From the IMG/VR virus record IMGVR_UViG_3300020577_011874: a DNA stretch of 64,000 bases, one strand, 5' to 3'. This DNA comes from an uncultured virus (IMG/VR IMGVR_UViG_3300020577_011874) (lineage: Duplodnaviria > Heunggongvirae > Uroviricota > Caudoviricetes). The stretch's first letter is position 1, and each line of letters opens with the position of its first letter. A program made the position numbers and the translations under genes. This document shows positions 27,196-37,223 of this stretch, in pieces. Under the pieces are notes generated by a model, which saw only the letters and a list, made by a program, of their open reading frames with translations, made no database searches and was not told the DNA's origin.

Positions 27196-29163
27196 TCAGA
27201 TGATGTTCATGTCGAGGATGGTGACCGTTCCGTAGAAGTCGCTGCGAACCATCTTCTTACCGTAGCGGGTCATAACACCCTTACGTGGCGTGAAGTCTTC
27301 CGGAGCGAAGATCGTTGGGGTAACAATCAGAGGAACATATGGAGAGTACACATATCCCGTCTCGAGGTAGCTACCACCCTTGTAGCCGACGAGGATTCTG
27401 TTCCTTGGGAAGTAAGGATCCTTGTAGACGGTGAAGCGGTTAGAAACTGTACCGATCGCCTCTGCACCGATGGTGAATGGCGAACCGACTTGTCCCTCGC
27501 CATCGATTGAGTACTTCGGCTTATAAAGAACGGAGCTCTCTAGGATGGTGGCAACGTCAGGAGACGTAACCATGAAGTTTGCAGAACCGCGGAGGGTCTT
27601 GCGATGAATCGTATTTGCACAGTCGATGACTGTTTCAATAAGGGTTTCATACCAGTCGCGGACCGTTCCGGTAAACTGTGGACCGATGGCCAATGAATTA
27701 GCCAGGGCAACACCTGCACCGGTGTTCTTGTTGACGAACTTACCAGGAGCGCGGCTCCAGTACATGTTCGCACCGTTTGCTTCGGTAACGAGATCCTGAA
27801 GAATCTCGCGATCGATTTCAAGAGCAATCTGCTCAGAAAGAATGCTGGTCAACTCGACCTCTGCGTCCATCGAATGGTACGCATTGAGATCCTGTGCCAA
27901 TTCTGGCGACCAACGTGCTCGGAGCTTGCGAGTCGTTGCAGTGATTGAGATAGACTCAATCTTGATATCGATCTCTGGGATCGTAGGAGATGGGCTGGTT
28001 GAGAAATCCGACTCGAAAGAAGGAATCGTCAAAACTGAGCCGACACCGCCGCCGTCACCGTTGGTAGCAATCAAACCATCAGCCGTTGCCATTGACAAGA
28101 AGACCGTTGGGGTGCCGCCGCCTGCAAACTGGAAGGACGTGCCAGGAGTTCCTGGAACATATCCAGTTCCCATTGAAGGAACCTTGAGGACAACTTGAAC
28201 CTGTGAACCATTAAGCGGTGCAGACTGGAATCCAGTGTATGCACCGGCTGAACCAAGAAGGTTACCGCGCTTGTTGGCTCGGCGAAGGTTGAGGACGTTA
28301 CGTCCGGACTGATAATTTTGGTCCCATGCAGAGACACCACCGTTAGAACCGGTGATACCAAAGACAGCAACTTGTTCAACAGAGAGGAAGTCGCCTGTCG
28401 GGATCGCCGTAAGGACATCTGCCACGTTCAAATACATGAACACCAAGTTGAATGAATTCTGCTGAAGAGCCGAATCAAGATCTGGGTCGAAGTTCAACAG
28501 TGTACCGTTAGTTCCAGACATTGCTGAAACAACTGCACCAGCAACAAACTGACCGTTGGTTGCGTTCCAGGCGCCGATCTGACCGGTTGAAGCGGTCACA
28601 TATGACGTCGAAGAAGCATATCCGTTAAGGTGAACCTTGGAGTAACCAGTGTTAACCAGATCGTACATACCGCCAGTCGCTAGCGATCCAGATTGGATGC
28701 CGCGGCCGGTTGGGTTGTTGTAGATAGACTGACCTCGCTGGTAAGTCTCCTGCGTTGCTGCACCGTTCAACTGGACACCAGCAGAACCACCGACATTGCT
28801 GCCGTAAGTGTAGTCAAGGTAGAAGATCAGGCCAGAAGGAAGGCTCAGTGGTTGAATCGAGACTAGCTCGTTTGCAATAAGACCACCAAAGACTCGACGA
28901 ACGATTGGGAATGCAATGTTCGAGAATCCCTGAATCTGGCCGCTGCCAGTCTGGCCAGCTCCGCCGGTCGACAAAGAGTTAGACTCCTTGAGGACCTGTG
29001 CTGCCTGATTCTCGAGCAATTGAGACATCGTCTCACGCTTGTAGCCATCAAGGCCACGAAGCAAACCAGTTCGGCTCCATTTTTCAACGAGGCGTGCTCG
29101 TTCTGCGCCGACATGCCGCTCTTTGATTCCTGCGGCGAGTTGTTCCATAGTGAAGAACTTCAT
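27196..29163 (-). CDS. Major capsid protein (T4 gp23-like)
   Basis: LLENQ, FPIVRRVF, ELVSIQP, TRKLRARWSPELAQDLNAYH, EIDREI, YSPYVPL and GVMTRYG. Confidence 0.97.
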   Translation of the reverse strand: MKFFTMEQLAAGIKERHVGAERARLVEKWSRTGLLRGLDGYKRETMSQLLENQAAQVLKESNSLSTGGAGQTGSGQIQGFSNIAFPIVRRVFGGLIANELVSIQPLSLPSGLIFYLDYTYGSNVGGSAGVQLNGAATQETYQRGQSIYNNPTGRGIQSGSLATGGMYDLVNTGYSKVHLNGYASSTSYVTASTGQIGAWNATNGQFVAGAVVSAMSGTNGTLLNFDPDLDSALQQNSFNLVFMYLNVADVLTAIPTGDFLSVEQVAVFGITGSNGGVSAWDQNYQSGRNVLNLRRANKRGNLLGSAGAYTGFQSAPLNGSQVQVVLKVPSMGTGYVPGTPGTSFQFAGGGTPTVFLSMATADGLIATNGDGGGVGSVLTIPSFESDFSTSPSPTIPEIDIKIESISITATTRKLRARWSPELAQDLNAYHSMDAEVELTSILSEQIALEIDREILQDLVTEANGANMYWSRAPGKFVNKNTGAGVALANSLAIGPQFTGTVRDWYETLIETVIDCANTIHRKTLRGSANFMVTSPDVATILESSVLYKPKYSIDGEGQVGSPFTIGAEAIGTVSNRFTVYKDPYFPRNRILVGYKGGSYLETGYVYSPYVPLIVTPTIFAPEDFTPRKGVMTRYGKKMVRSDFYGTVTILDMNII

Positions 29164-29179
29164 ATTAATCTCCGTGTTC

Positions 29180-29186
29180 TAAGTAG
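29180..29186 (-). promoter_or_regulatory. Putative late promoter motif CTACTTA (MCP)
   Basis: Motif 17 nt upstream of the MCP ATG, with a GGAG SD between. Confidence 0.65.
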
Positions 29187-29212
29187 TCAGTTCAAATTCT
29201 GTTATCACATCA

Positions 29213-31117
29213 TCACTTGACGATGCCAGCGAGCTTGGCCCACCGCTCGGCCTCATGACCCTCATTGAGGGTTTGAGTTGATGCCGGACGAGTTGCCCTA
29301 GAACCAGAACCGAGGACCGTGCGATCCTTGCTCTCGTTGACTGATCGTGAGTTTCCTGCCAAAGTGCTGGACAGGCTCTCGAAGACCAGCTTCGCCTCTC
29401 GGACAGTCCTTGCAGTGTCGATCTGCTTGATGACTTGCGCCTTTTGGCGTGAGCTCAATTGATCATTCTGCAAAAGCTTGTTCGTGTAGAGGAGCTTCGC
29501 GTTGAACAGATTCGTTTCTGCCAACTTCTTGCGGAGCGTTGCATTCTCGGCCTGGTTCTCCGCCGGCCGTGCAGTTGCGCTATTAGAGCGCGACTCTTGC
29601 AGTTTCTTCGTAGCCTGAGCCACTAGCTGCGTAACTTTCTGTGAACGGGCAACCGACTCATTGAATCGCTTGGCGACCGTCGCATATTCACTCTTGATGC
29701 TAGCAAGACGCTTGCCAGTTGATCGTGCTGCTTCCTTCTTCAGGAGTGCTGCACGAGCCTTTGCTCGCTCTTGCAACTTCTTTTCGTAACCAAGGCGCTG
29801 AAGACCTGCGGTTCGACGTTGAGCCAATGCTGCCTCAGCCATTGGTGCTTCATCTGATTCTGCCATCGGAGGCTCATCTGATTCAGGAAGGGTCTCATCC
29901 ATTTCTTCGAGCTCTTCCTTATCCTCATCGGCTTCATCAGCCTCACCAAGGGGAAGTGCACCAGGAGAAGGAGACTTGTCAACGATCTCTGCATCGAGAG
30001 GCTCGCCTTCATCATCACCACCACCAAAGTCGTCAAGAATATTTGCACCGTGAGGAGCATTACCCCAAGACTGTGCCTTCGTTTCAGATCCACCAGTTCC
30101 AGTGTGATCTTCACGAAGATTACGCATACGTGCAATTTCACGACGAAGCATGCTTTCGTCAATCTCAACGATCGTATCGTCGCTCAATCTACGTGTTTCC
30201 ATCTGATCCTGGCCTCCTTGGCCACCCATTTGATCGTCGCCGCCAAGGTCCATGTCGCCCATGTCGTCGCCACCTTCGAGGTCATCGCCCCCAAGATCGT
30301 CGTCGCCACCTTCGCCATCTTCTTCGCCTGTGATCAAATCGACTCCGACAGTGTCGAGGTCGATGTCATCCGGCAAGCCCGTCAGCTTAAGCGTAACGTC
30401 CGCTTCGTTCATCTGTCCCTTGTTGGTCTTCTGCGACATTGTCGTTGACTCCTGGATTTTGTTGAGCACCTTGAAATTGGCCTCGAGCATAGTCTCGTAT
30501 GATCTTTTGCTTACAGGATCACTTACTTGTTCCTGTACGTAGTCATACATATTCTCCACACGAGAAATCATCTGAGCGATTTGCTCACGAAAAGCTGGTG
30601 TAGAGCGAACAGCCTTTCCTGCGTTCTTGAAGCTATTGATTTTTTCGTTAATCTTTTCGATTTTTCTTTCAATTAGAGCCGTGGTGACTCCAAAGATCGA
30701 CGAAAGAGCATCAACTGATTCAAGACTAATTTCGTATTCTTCACCTGACGCCATCGGATCAATGCCAAACTGTGGAGGAGCAACCGGAGTTCCGGACTCG
30801 ACTCCACACAAAGCGTCAATATCTAGCGTTACTTTACCTTCAGCATCGGGAGCAGAAACTGCAACCGCTGAACCAACTGGAATTCTTGCATCAGGTGTTG
30901 GTGCAACTAAGTCGGTTGGTTCTTCACCATCAGAAGGCGTGCCTGACGTAACCGTGACAGTGTCATCATCATACAATTCATTTAAGACTGCACGATCAAT
31001 GAAGTCGCGAATTCGAGGGGTCACAGCCTCGAGGATGGCTCGTTTAGCATCGTCTTCGGCCACTTGCTTGACCTTCTTGACATCTGCCAGTGCCTCTTCG
31101 AACAACTGTTTCGTCAT
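29213..31117 (-). CDS. Prohead scaffolding/core protein
   Basis: Directly upstream of the MCP; acidic, coiled-coil, many [LMV]xE sites, C-terminal RWAKLAGI. Confidence 0.8.
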   Translation of the reverse strand: MTKQLFEEALADVKKVKQVAEDDAKRAILEAVTPRIRDFIDRAVLNELYDDDTVTVTSGTPSDGEEPTDLVAPTPDARIPVGSAVAVSAPDAEGKVTLDIDALCGVESGTPVAPPQFGIDPMASGEEYEISLESVDALSSIFGVTTALIERKIEKINEKINSFKNAGKAVRSTPAFREQIAQMISRVENMYDYVQEQVSDPVSKRSYETMLEANFKVLNKIQESTTMSQKTNKGQMNEADVTLKLTGLPDDIDLDTVGVDLITGEEDGEGGDDDLGGDDLEGGDDMGDMDLGGDDQMGGQGGQDQMETRRLSDDTIVEIDESMLRREIARMRNLREDHTGTGGSETKAQSWGNAPHGANILDDFGGGDDEGEPLDAEIVDKSPSPGALPLGEADEADEDKEELEEMDETLPESDEPPMAESDEAPMAEAALAQRRTAGLQRLGYEKKLQERAKARAALLKKEAARSTGKRLASIKSEYATVAKRFNESVARSQKVTQLVAQATKKLQESRSNSATARPAENQAENATLRKKLAETNLFNAKLLYTNKLLQNDQLSSRQKAQVIKQIDTARTVREAKLVFESLSSTLAGNSRSVNESKDRTVLGSGSRATRPASTQTLNEGHEAERWAKLAGIVK

Positions 31118-31139
31118 ATTCTCTCCACGAACCTGAGAC

Positions 31140-31146
31140 TAAGTAT
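31140..31146 (-). promoter_or_regulatory. Putative late promoter motif ATACTTA (scaffold)
   Basis: Motif upstream of the scaffold gene, with a GGAG SD. Confidence 0.6.
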
Positions 31147-31172
31147 CAATCAACTACGCAGAATGAAGGTTA

Positions 31173-31697
31173 TCAAACATTACCGCCGGAATCGCCCAAC
31201 TTTTGGGGACTACCGATCGTATTGTTTGAATAGATTGCCGGGCCATCATTCGAAGGATTTCGAAGGTTTTGACCAGCAGGATCTGTATTCGTACGTGGTA
31301 CATCCATGGACGTAACACCAGGATCTGCAACTTTGTCCCGACCGTCGGTTTTGCCCGGGCCAGGAGACGTGATGTCAGGAATATATGCATCGCCAGGATC
31401 ACCAGGATTATTCCATTTGACTGCAGGAACATTGGGTGAACCACCCCATCCCAACTTAACACCAGTTGGAAACATTCCAAGATCGCCTGCTTGAATTCCA
31501 TCAGAGGGCTTCAAGCCACCTACACCATTGACAACAGGTGCAGTAGCAATATCAATGACTTGTTTTTGAGCGGCTTTTTCATCGCCTGCAGTAACAGCAG
31601 TCGCGAATGGGTGAGCCGGAAATAGTTTGCTCAGTAGCTTATGAGCAGGAGTAGCAACTCCTCCCACGTATGTCGTGTATTTTCCTAGCAGACCCAT
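31173..31697 (-). CDS. Hypothetical Pro/Gly-rich head-cluster protein
   Basis: 174 aa, TAAGGAG SD. Confidence 0.75.
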   Translation of the reverse strand: MGLLGKYTTYVGGVATPAHKLLSKLFPAHPFATAVTAGDEKAAQKQVIDIATAPVVNGVGGLKPSDGIQAGDLGMFPTGVKLGWGGSPNVPAVKWNNPGDPGDAYIPDITSPGPGKTDGRDKVADPGVTSMDVPRTNTDPAGQNLRNPSNDGPAIYSNNTIGSPQKLGDSGGNV

Positions 31698-31716
31698 GGC
31701 TTCTCCTTATGTCTTT

Positions 31717-32049
31717 TCAGACAACCTTTGCGATAACTAATTTCTTCGCGCCTTTTTGCAAAGCTTCACGAACTTTAGCTAAACGCGTATTCAATCGATG
31801 TTCTTCGATTTTGAGCGACTTCATGTAACTAATGTGCTCATCTAAGGTATTTGATTCCTTGAGTTTGTTAGCCTTCTTCCAATCAACAGGCTGCTCAAGA
31901 GAATCAGCAAATTCATCTGCGTCAATCTCTTCAGAATCTTTAGCACGGTCTTCAGTGTCTTCCATGTCACCAAAACCAGATGCTGTTTCTTCAATGATTG
32001 ACCTGAGAAGTTCAGGCGTGAGCGGAATTGCTTTTGTATTAGTCTTCAT
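31717..32049 (-). CDS. Hypothetical head-cluster protein
   Basis: 110 aa; late motif CTATTTA at 32081..32087 and AGGAG SD. Confidence 0.75.
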   Translation of the reverse strand: MKTNTKAIPLTPELLRSIIEETASGFGDMEDTEDRAKDSEEIDADEFADSLEQPVDWKKANKLKESNTLDEHISYMKSLKIEEHRLNTRLAKVREALQKGAKKLVIAKVV

Positions 32050-32103
32050 TGCTGCACATTCTCCTGCAGAGTGCTATGTCTAAATAGCATGATGTCGTTG
32101 AGA

Positions 32104-32616
32104 TTACAGTGTTTTCTTATTGGGCATAAAAGCTAAGTCAGCCCAATGAGATGAACCATCAGCACGGGGCATTGCCGCGCTACCAAAAACCTCTTCAGGG
32201 TTACCATGAAATTGTTCTTGTTGAACGGGCGAAGAAGATCTAGAGACAGACACCGCAGATCCTGCTAATGGTTGACCCATTCGATCTCCGTTAGCCAACT
32301 GACTAGCTAAAGTGGTTGAGGCAGTATCTGCTAAAATATCAGCCATCATTGGATTGCCACCAGACTCAATTCGAATTGCTTCTTTCAAAGCATTAGTCTG
32401 CATACGACCATTTTGGCCTTGAACAGGCGTATCTAAACGTGGATCAAATTGTGGTTTTCGTCGACCATTCACAGCACGTTGTTCAACGGTTGGGCCGCGT
32501 GGTGCAGTACCAGTAGAGGGCGCTGCAATCGTTTGAATATTGCCTAATGCTTCACCAAGAATCTCAATAAAGAGTTCACGCATGATTGATTTCAATTGTT
32601 CACGTGAAGCCTTCAT
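32104..32616 (-). CDS. Hypothetical head-cluster protein
   Basis: 170 aa, ATGA-coupled to def. Confidence 0.75.
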   Translation of the reverse strand: MKASREQLKSIMRELFIEILGEALGNIQTIAAPSTGTAPRGPTVEQRAVNGRRKPQFDPRLDTPVQGQNGRMQTNALKEAIRIESGGNPMMADILADTASTTLASQLANGDRMGQPLAGSAVSVSRSSSPVQQEQFHGNPEEVFGSAAMPRADGSSHWADLAFMPNKKTL

Positions 32617-33107
32617 TTGCCCTTACCTAAATTTTTCATTGCAAGTTTTCGCATCAAATCACCAACTCGATCAAACATCAGAACACCGTCTAGATGATCA
32701 ATTTCATGTTGAACAACACGAGCCTTAAATCCTTCACATCTCATTTGATGTTGAACGCCATTGATATCACTGTACACAACATCTACAACGTCTGAACGTT
32801 TAACTTGTAACACCATGCCAGGTAATGACAAACAACCTTCTCTGTCTGTTTCAGTACTAGAAGAGCCCCAGGTGACACTAGGATTTATTAGAACCTGCAG
32901 CTGGTTAGACTCTTCTCCACCCGACGGATCAATAATCACGACCCTTCGTGGGACCCCGATTTGAGGTGCTGCAATACCAACACCATCAAATCGATACATG
33001 ACATCAATCATCTTGTTGACCAACACAGTCAACTCTTCGTCAAATAACGTAATAGGATCACAAATTGACCTAAGAACAGTTGACGGATATTTGACAACGT
33101 CGAACAC
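32613..33107 (-). CDS. def: Peptide deformylase
   Basis: All three signature motifs: GVGIAAPQIG, EGCLS and QHEIDHLDG. Confidence 0.96.
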   Translation of the reverse strand: MFDVVKYPSTVLRSICDPITLFDEELTVLVNKMIDVMYRFDGVGIAAPQIGVPRRVVIIDPSGGEESNQLQVLINPSVTWGSSSTETDREGCLSLPGMVLQVKRSDVVDVVYSDINGVQHQMRCEGFKARVVQHEIDHLDGVLMFDRVGDLMRKLAMKNLGKGK

Positions 33108-33113
33108 TGCGTA

Positions 33114-33548
33114 TCATCCCACGCCAGACCAACCAGTAAACCCATTAGGAACGCTACCGCTAAATAACGTACCTGACAATTGAGGCATCGAACCAGCTTC
33201 AATCGTAGTCAAACCAGCAAATAATGACAATGGAGTCAAAGTCGTATCACCCGCCAAGAAAAGCGTCTTGATTCTGACCTCGAGCGTCAATGTCTGTTGA
33301 CCAAGAATCAGGTAATGATTACCAACAGTCGTCTTCAATCCGTTCTCTGTAAAAGCCACGCGTAATTTGTTAGCCGCACTATCGTGATTCGTAATCGTAA
33401 TGAAACGAGTTACTTTTGGAAATTCAATCTTCAGCGCAGTTCCAGTGGCGCCAACAATAGGTGCTTGTGATGATGTCACCCATGGAAGAGCAGACGATTG
33501 AAATTCACTTGATGCTCCAAAACCTGATCTAGGATTGTCAAAAGGCAT
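33114..33548 (-). CDS. Hypothetical virion protein
   Basis: 144-aa beta-rich ORF after the protease. Confidence 0.7.
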   Translation of the reverse strand: MPFDNPRSGFGASSEFQSSALPWVTSSQAPIVGATGTALKIEFPKVTRFITITNHDSAANKLRVAFTENGLKTTVGNHYLILGQQTLTLEVRIKTLFLAGDTTLTPLSLFAGLTTIEAGSMPQLSGTLFSGSVPNGFTGWSGVG

Positions 33549-33551
33549 TTA

Positions 33552-34214
33552 TCACCTTACCTTGTATGACAAAATATCGTTCAGTACGCGATCGATCCTG
33601 TCAGTTCTGTTAAAAAATTGTTTGAGCTCATGAGCTTCCAAAATCTTTCCTTCTGGAATCATAAATGCACCAGGCGTGGAAGGTTCACTAACCATATCCC
33701 AACAAATCAATTGAAAATCATCCTGGACTACGTAGTAATCCTGTTGTTTTCGAGTTGAGCCGACGCCTCTTGAAGAGATCCCAAGCTTGATGCCAGACTC
33801 CACCAACCCGGCGAGAATAGCTCCAGAAGGAGTCTTGTTCAAGACTTCGATGGTGCCAATCACCGTGCCATTTTCAATGTAGGCTTCTCTGATGACATGC
33901 GAAACATTTTTCAGATTGACTACAGAAGAATCTGGGTGATCAAGTTCACCAACAGCACGATTCTCAATGATGAACTTTTGATAGTTGCGAACCTCACGCT
34001 CTAGCACTGCTAAGGGATAGATTCTTCCATTTTGATTCAACGTATCTGCCTTCTGAAGGATTCCTTTCATGAAGACTTTTTTGGTCGCAGGCGCAACCTC
34101 GACCGTGTTTCCTTGTGCATCTTCTTTGATGACAGCAGGAACCTCCTCAGTCGTGATCTTGTAATCAAAGACGTCATACGTCTCCAGGCGCCTTAGTTTA
34201 GCTGCATCAATCAT
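33552..34214 (-). CDS. Prohead maturation protease (T4 gp21-like)
   Basis: NQNGRIYP, GELDHP, LGISSRGVGS and DMVSEPS. Confidence 0.95.
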   Translation of the reverse strand: MIDAAKLRRLETYDVFDYKITTEEVPAVIKEDAQGNTVEVAPATKKVFMKGILQKADTLNQNGRIYPLAVLEREVRNYQKFIIENRAVGELDHPDSSVVNLKNVSHVIREAYIENGTVIGTIEVLNKTPSGAILAGLVESGIKLGISSRGVGSTRKQQDYYVVQDDFQLICWDMVSEPSTPGAFMIPEGKILEAHELKQFFNRTDRIDRVLNDILSYKVR

Positions 34215-35071
34215 GACTCCTCCGAAGTGAGCTCTGCGCTGAGTTTAGTGTATAACATGAACCGAGTCACTGCATCATCATCAACGACTTTGAGATCTTC
34301 AGTTTGCAATTGTTGCAAAGCGTCCTTGAGCTTATTGTTGACATATTCATTTTCAGGATTCTTTTGACTGAATTCAGAGATCTCCTTGATCAATCGATCT
34401 TTGACCTCAAACAATTTCAACTTGATCGATCCTGGGTCATCATTCGCTGTCGAGAATGCGTATGCACGAATTAAGCTTTTTTGTTCATCTGAGAGCACGC
34501 CGGCGTACTTCTCATTGAGTTTTTTCATCATGACTTTCATCAACAATCGTGCAGTGCCTGGCGATTCTGATGAAATTGTTGAATCGGGCGCAATGGCCTT
34601 TTCAGTCACGAGCCAATTAACCAATTGATCTTCGTATTGTGCCTGTCGGCCAAGATCACGATCTACATCGCGCCAATCATTCAATAGAGTCTGAATGGTC
34701 GCCAGAATTTTGTACTCATTGACCTGTTGATCATAGAAATTCTCATCATTGATCGACTTATTGATGGTGCTGATCAGAATGGATTTTTCTTTGTCAAGCT
34801 GCCTGACATCCAGTGCTCGAGCTGCTTGTTTTGCCTCCTGTACAATAGAGGCAGCAACTGACTCATTGGAAACAGTTGTTCGAACAAGAGAATTGATCAA
34901 CCGGAATTCTTTATAGAGTTGAGTTCCCGGTTTGTAATGTCTCTTTACGATACGCAATGCAGCAGATGATCGACGTTGATCGTCATCTACGAGTGCTTTC
35001 GAAATGGTCTGAACGAGAAATTCATAGAGAAGTCCAACATTTCTCTTTTTATTGTGCACTCGACTGGTCAT
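34211..35071 (-). CDS. Hypothetical protein between portal and protease
   Basis: 286-aa helical ORF, ATGA-coupled on both sides. Confidence 0.8.
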   Translation of the reverse strand: MTSRVHNKKRNVGLLYEFLVQTISKALVDDDQRRSSAALRIVKRHYKPGTQLYKEFRLINSLVRTTVSNESVAASIVQEAKQAARALDVRQLDKEKSILISTINKSINDENFYDQQVNEYKILATIQTLLNDWRDVDRDLGRQAQYEDQLVNWLVTEKAIAPDSTISSESPGTARLLMKVMMKKLNEKYAGVLSDEQKSLIRAYAFSTANDDPGSIKLKLFEVKDRLIKEISEFSQKNPENEYVNNKLKDALQQLQTEDLKVVDDDAVTRFMLYTKLSAELTSEES

Positions 35072-37167
35072 TCGTCCTCACCTTCGCTGACGTCTTCAAC
35101 ATTAAGTAATTCGTCATCGAGTAGACTAGCATCAGGTTGTGATCGTCTTTCGTGTAAATCAATCTCGAGCACGTCATCACCTTCATCAATCTCATTTTGA
35201 ACATCAACACTTTCGTTGATGACATTATGTTCTGGCCGGGTGATATTAAGTGCAGATGACATTCGACGAAGCGTAGATGCAACATCTACCGGTAAACGAC
35301 CTAACTTGATGGGTGTCTGATTATTGGTTGATTCTCCGAATGGATTACTGATGACAGACTTGATCCAGTCATTGTCATACGGGTCTTCCATCGCGTGATT
35401 ATTATTGCCTGTCATCTTGACGAAGTCAGGCATGTGTGTCTTGCTGGCGCCATGTGTTCGGCGGCGGCCTCTATTATAGAGAGCATGCTGTAATTGAGAC
35501 TGAACTTTGATGGGTTTATCGTGCAAACCCTGCAATTTTAGTGCAAATGATTCATCATCATCTTTATCTTCGCCGCCAGTCAATAGTTCAGTGCCCGGAT
35601 CTTCTTCCTCAGGCGGTTCTTCACCAGCATTTTCTTCAGGTGGAGGCGCCTCTCCTGCGTCATCTCCGCCAAGATCAGCCATCCCTCCACCGGCGTCTCC
35701 CCCGAAGAGATCGTCTCCTCCTGCGGCATCCCCTCCTGCAGCTTCATCACCAACAGATGCTTCAATGGTCGCGTCAACCAATTTTTCTTTCAAACGCTCA
35801 TTGTCCAGACCTTCAATCTGTTCATCATTGAGTCCCCAAATTTCCTTACGAAGGAAACGCTTGCTAGCAGTTCCTTCAGGTGCTGAACCAGCAATCTCAA
35901 ATTTGGCGCGCCAAAGCTCAAGTTTTTGTTGTTGTGCGACCGTAGAAGGATTGCTAAGACGAAGGGTGAAATTTTGCAAATCTTCACCATCAAAACCGTG
36001 AGCATAGAGATGAATGATAGCTAACTTATTCAACTCAGCAATGATCGTCTTTTGAATGACAGCGATAGTACGACTGAATCGAATGTCTTCTTGAGCAAGA
36101 GTTGCCTTACTACTAAGCATTTCATCGTAGCCTAAGTAAGCTCGAGGAATCTTCAAGGCCGCAAACAACTTCTTCTGAATATACGCAACGTCTTCAACCG
36201 CCGCAGTATTCTGTCCGCCTTGCAACGTATCGATTTTCGTACCAGACTCTCCTCCTCTAACTGGGATGAAATAGTCTTCTTCCACCGACATCGGATTGTA
36301 ACGAAGGTCGACTCTTCCTGTATTTCGATCTACAACCGGCGCAGTGCGCATGGCTTGACGTTGTTGCTCGATGTAATTGGGTACATCTGTTGCTGGAACG
36401 TTAGCAACATCGATATAAAAGACACGCCGCTCTGGGGCGCGGACGACTCGATAAACTAACATCGCGTCTTCGATGAGAATTAATTGGCGCCAAATTCGAC
36501 GTGCTGGTTCAATAATTGAAGAACCATATGGCAAGAACATGTCATTGCCCAAAAGCCGAAAGTGTGTGACTTCCCAATTCTCCAACGTTCGATTGCCAAG
36601 TGTTACCCAGCGATAACGAACGGCGAACGGATCTTCACGATCATAATTTTCTTCACGTTCAATTTCATTGACTGGGATCGGAAAAGCATTGATAACGCCA
36701 TACTCAGGCGAGACGTCATTGTAGAGAAAGAAATCACCGTACTTACAGAGATTGCGCGCCCAAGAACGCATCTGAAATTCAACGTTCAAAACGTTATAAA
36801 ACAGGTCTTCAAGAACTTCGCGAATTTTCTCGTTGTCACTATAGACATGGAGAACACGCCCTTTTTCATCTTGTGCACAGGTTTCATCAGCATATATGTC
36901 CATCGCTGCGGCGATCTCAGGCGTATATTCCATTTCTTGAAAATCTTGATATCTCATCAAGCGTTCAGAAAGGTTATACGCATTGCTAGTGATCGTAGCA
37001 TATGTTGGGGACAATGACTTCTGAAACAGAAGTGTACCAGAAGATCTGGTCTTGTCAGCAATTGCGATCGTCGTGTCGAGCGCTCTGATCTTTCGTTTGA
37101 CGACCGGTCCAGATCGAAAAAGTCGCGTCAGTCGTCGAAAAAGGCTCTTAGTGTCGTTTTTTGCCAT
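35068..37167 (-). CDS. Portal protein (T4 gp20-like) with acidic C-terminal extension
   Basis: PEIAAAMDIYADE, EDAMLVYRVVRAPERRVFYIDV, EDYFIPVR and ALKIP. Confidence 0.96.
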   Translation of the reverse strand: MAKNDTKSLFRRLTRLFRSGPVVKRKIRALDTTIAIADKTRSSGTLLFQKSLSPTYATITSNAYNLSERLMRYQDFQEMEYTPEIAAAMDIYADETCAQDEKGRVLHVYSDNEKIREVLEDLFYNVLNVEFQMRSWARNLCKYGDFFLYNDVSPEYGVINAFPIPVNEIEREENYDREDPFAVRYRWVTLGNRTLENWEVTHFRLLGNDMFLPYGSSIIEPARRIWRQLILIEDAMLVYRVVRAPERRVFYIDVANVPATDVPNYIEQQRQAMRTAPVVDRNTGRVDLRYNPMSVEEDYFIPVRGGESGTKIDTLQGGQNTAAVEDVAYIQKKLFAALKIPRAYLGYDEMLSSKATLAQEDIRFSRTIAVIQKTIIAELNKLAIIHLYAHGFDGEDLQNFTLRLSNPSTVAQQQKLELWRAKFEIAGSAPEGTASKRFLRKEIWGLNDEQIEGLDNERLKEKLVDATIEASVGDEAAGGDAAGGDDLFGGDAGGGMADLGGDDAGEAPPPEENAGEEPPEEEDPGTELLTGGEDKDDDESFALKLQGLHDKPIKVQSQLQHALYNRGRRRTHGASKTHMPDFVKMTGNNNHAMEDPYDNDWIKSVISNPFGESTNNQTPIKLGRLPVDVASTLRRMSSALNITRPEHNVINESVDVQNEIDEGDDVLEIDLHERRSQPDASLLDDELLNVEDVSEGEDE

Positions 37168-37223
37168 GTTTTACGCCCCTCCATTCAGTTGGGGCTTTGT
37201 ATACTGTACACCCTTATGGGCTT

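Noticed and set aside
29719..31136. Long plus-strand ORFs opposite scaffold (and similarly opposite portal and the repeat gene)
   Set aside because: Antisense shadows of biased-codon, low-complexity genes, with no recognisable motifs.
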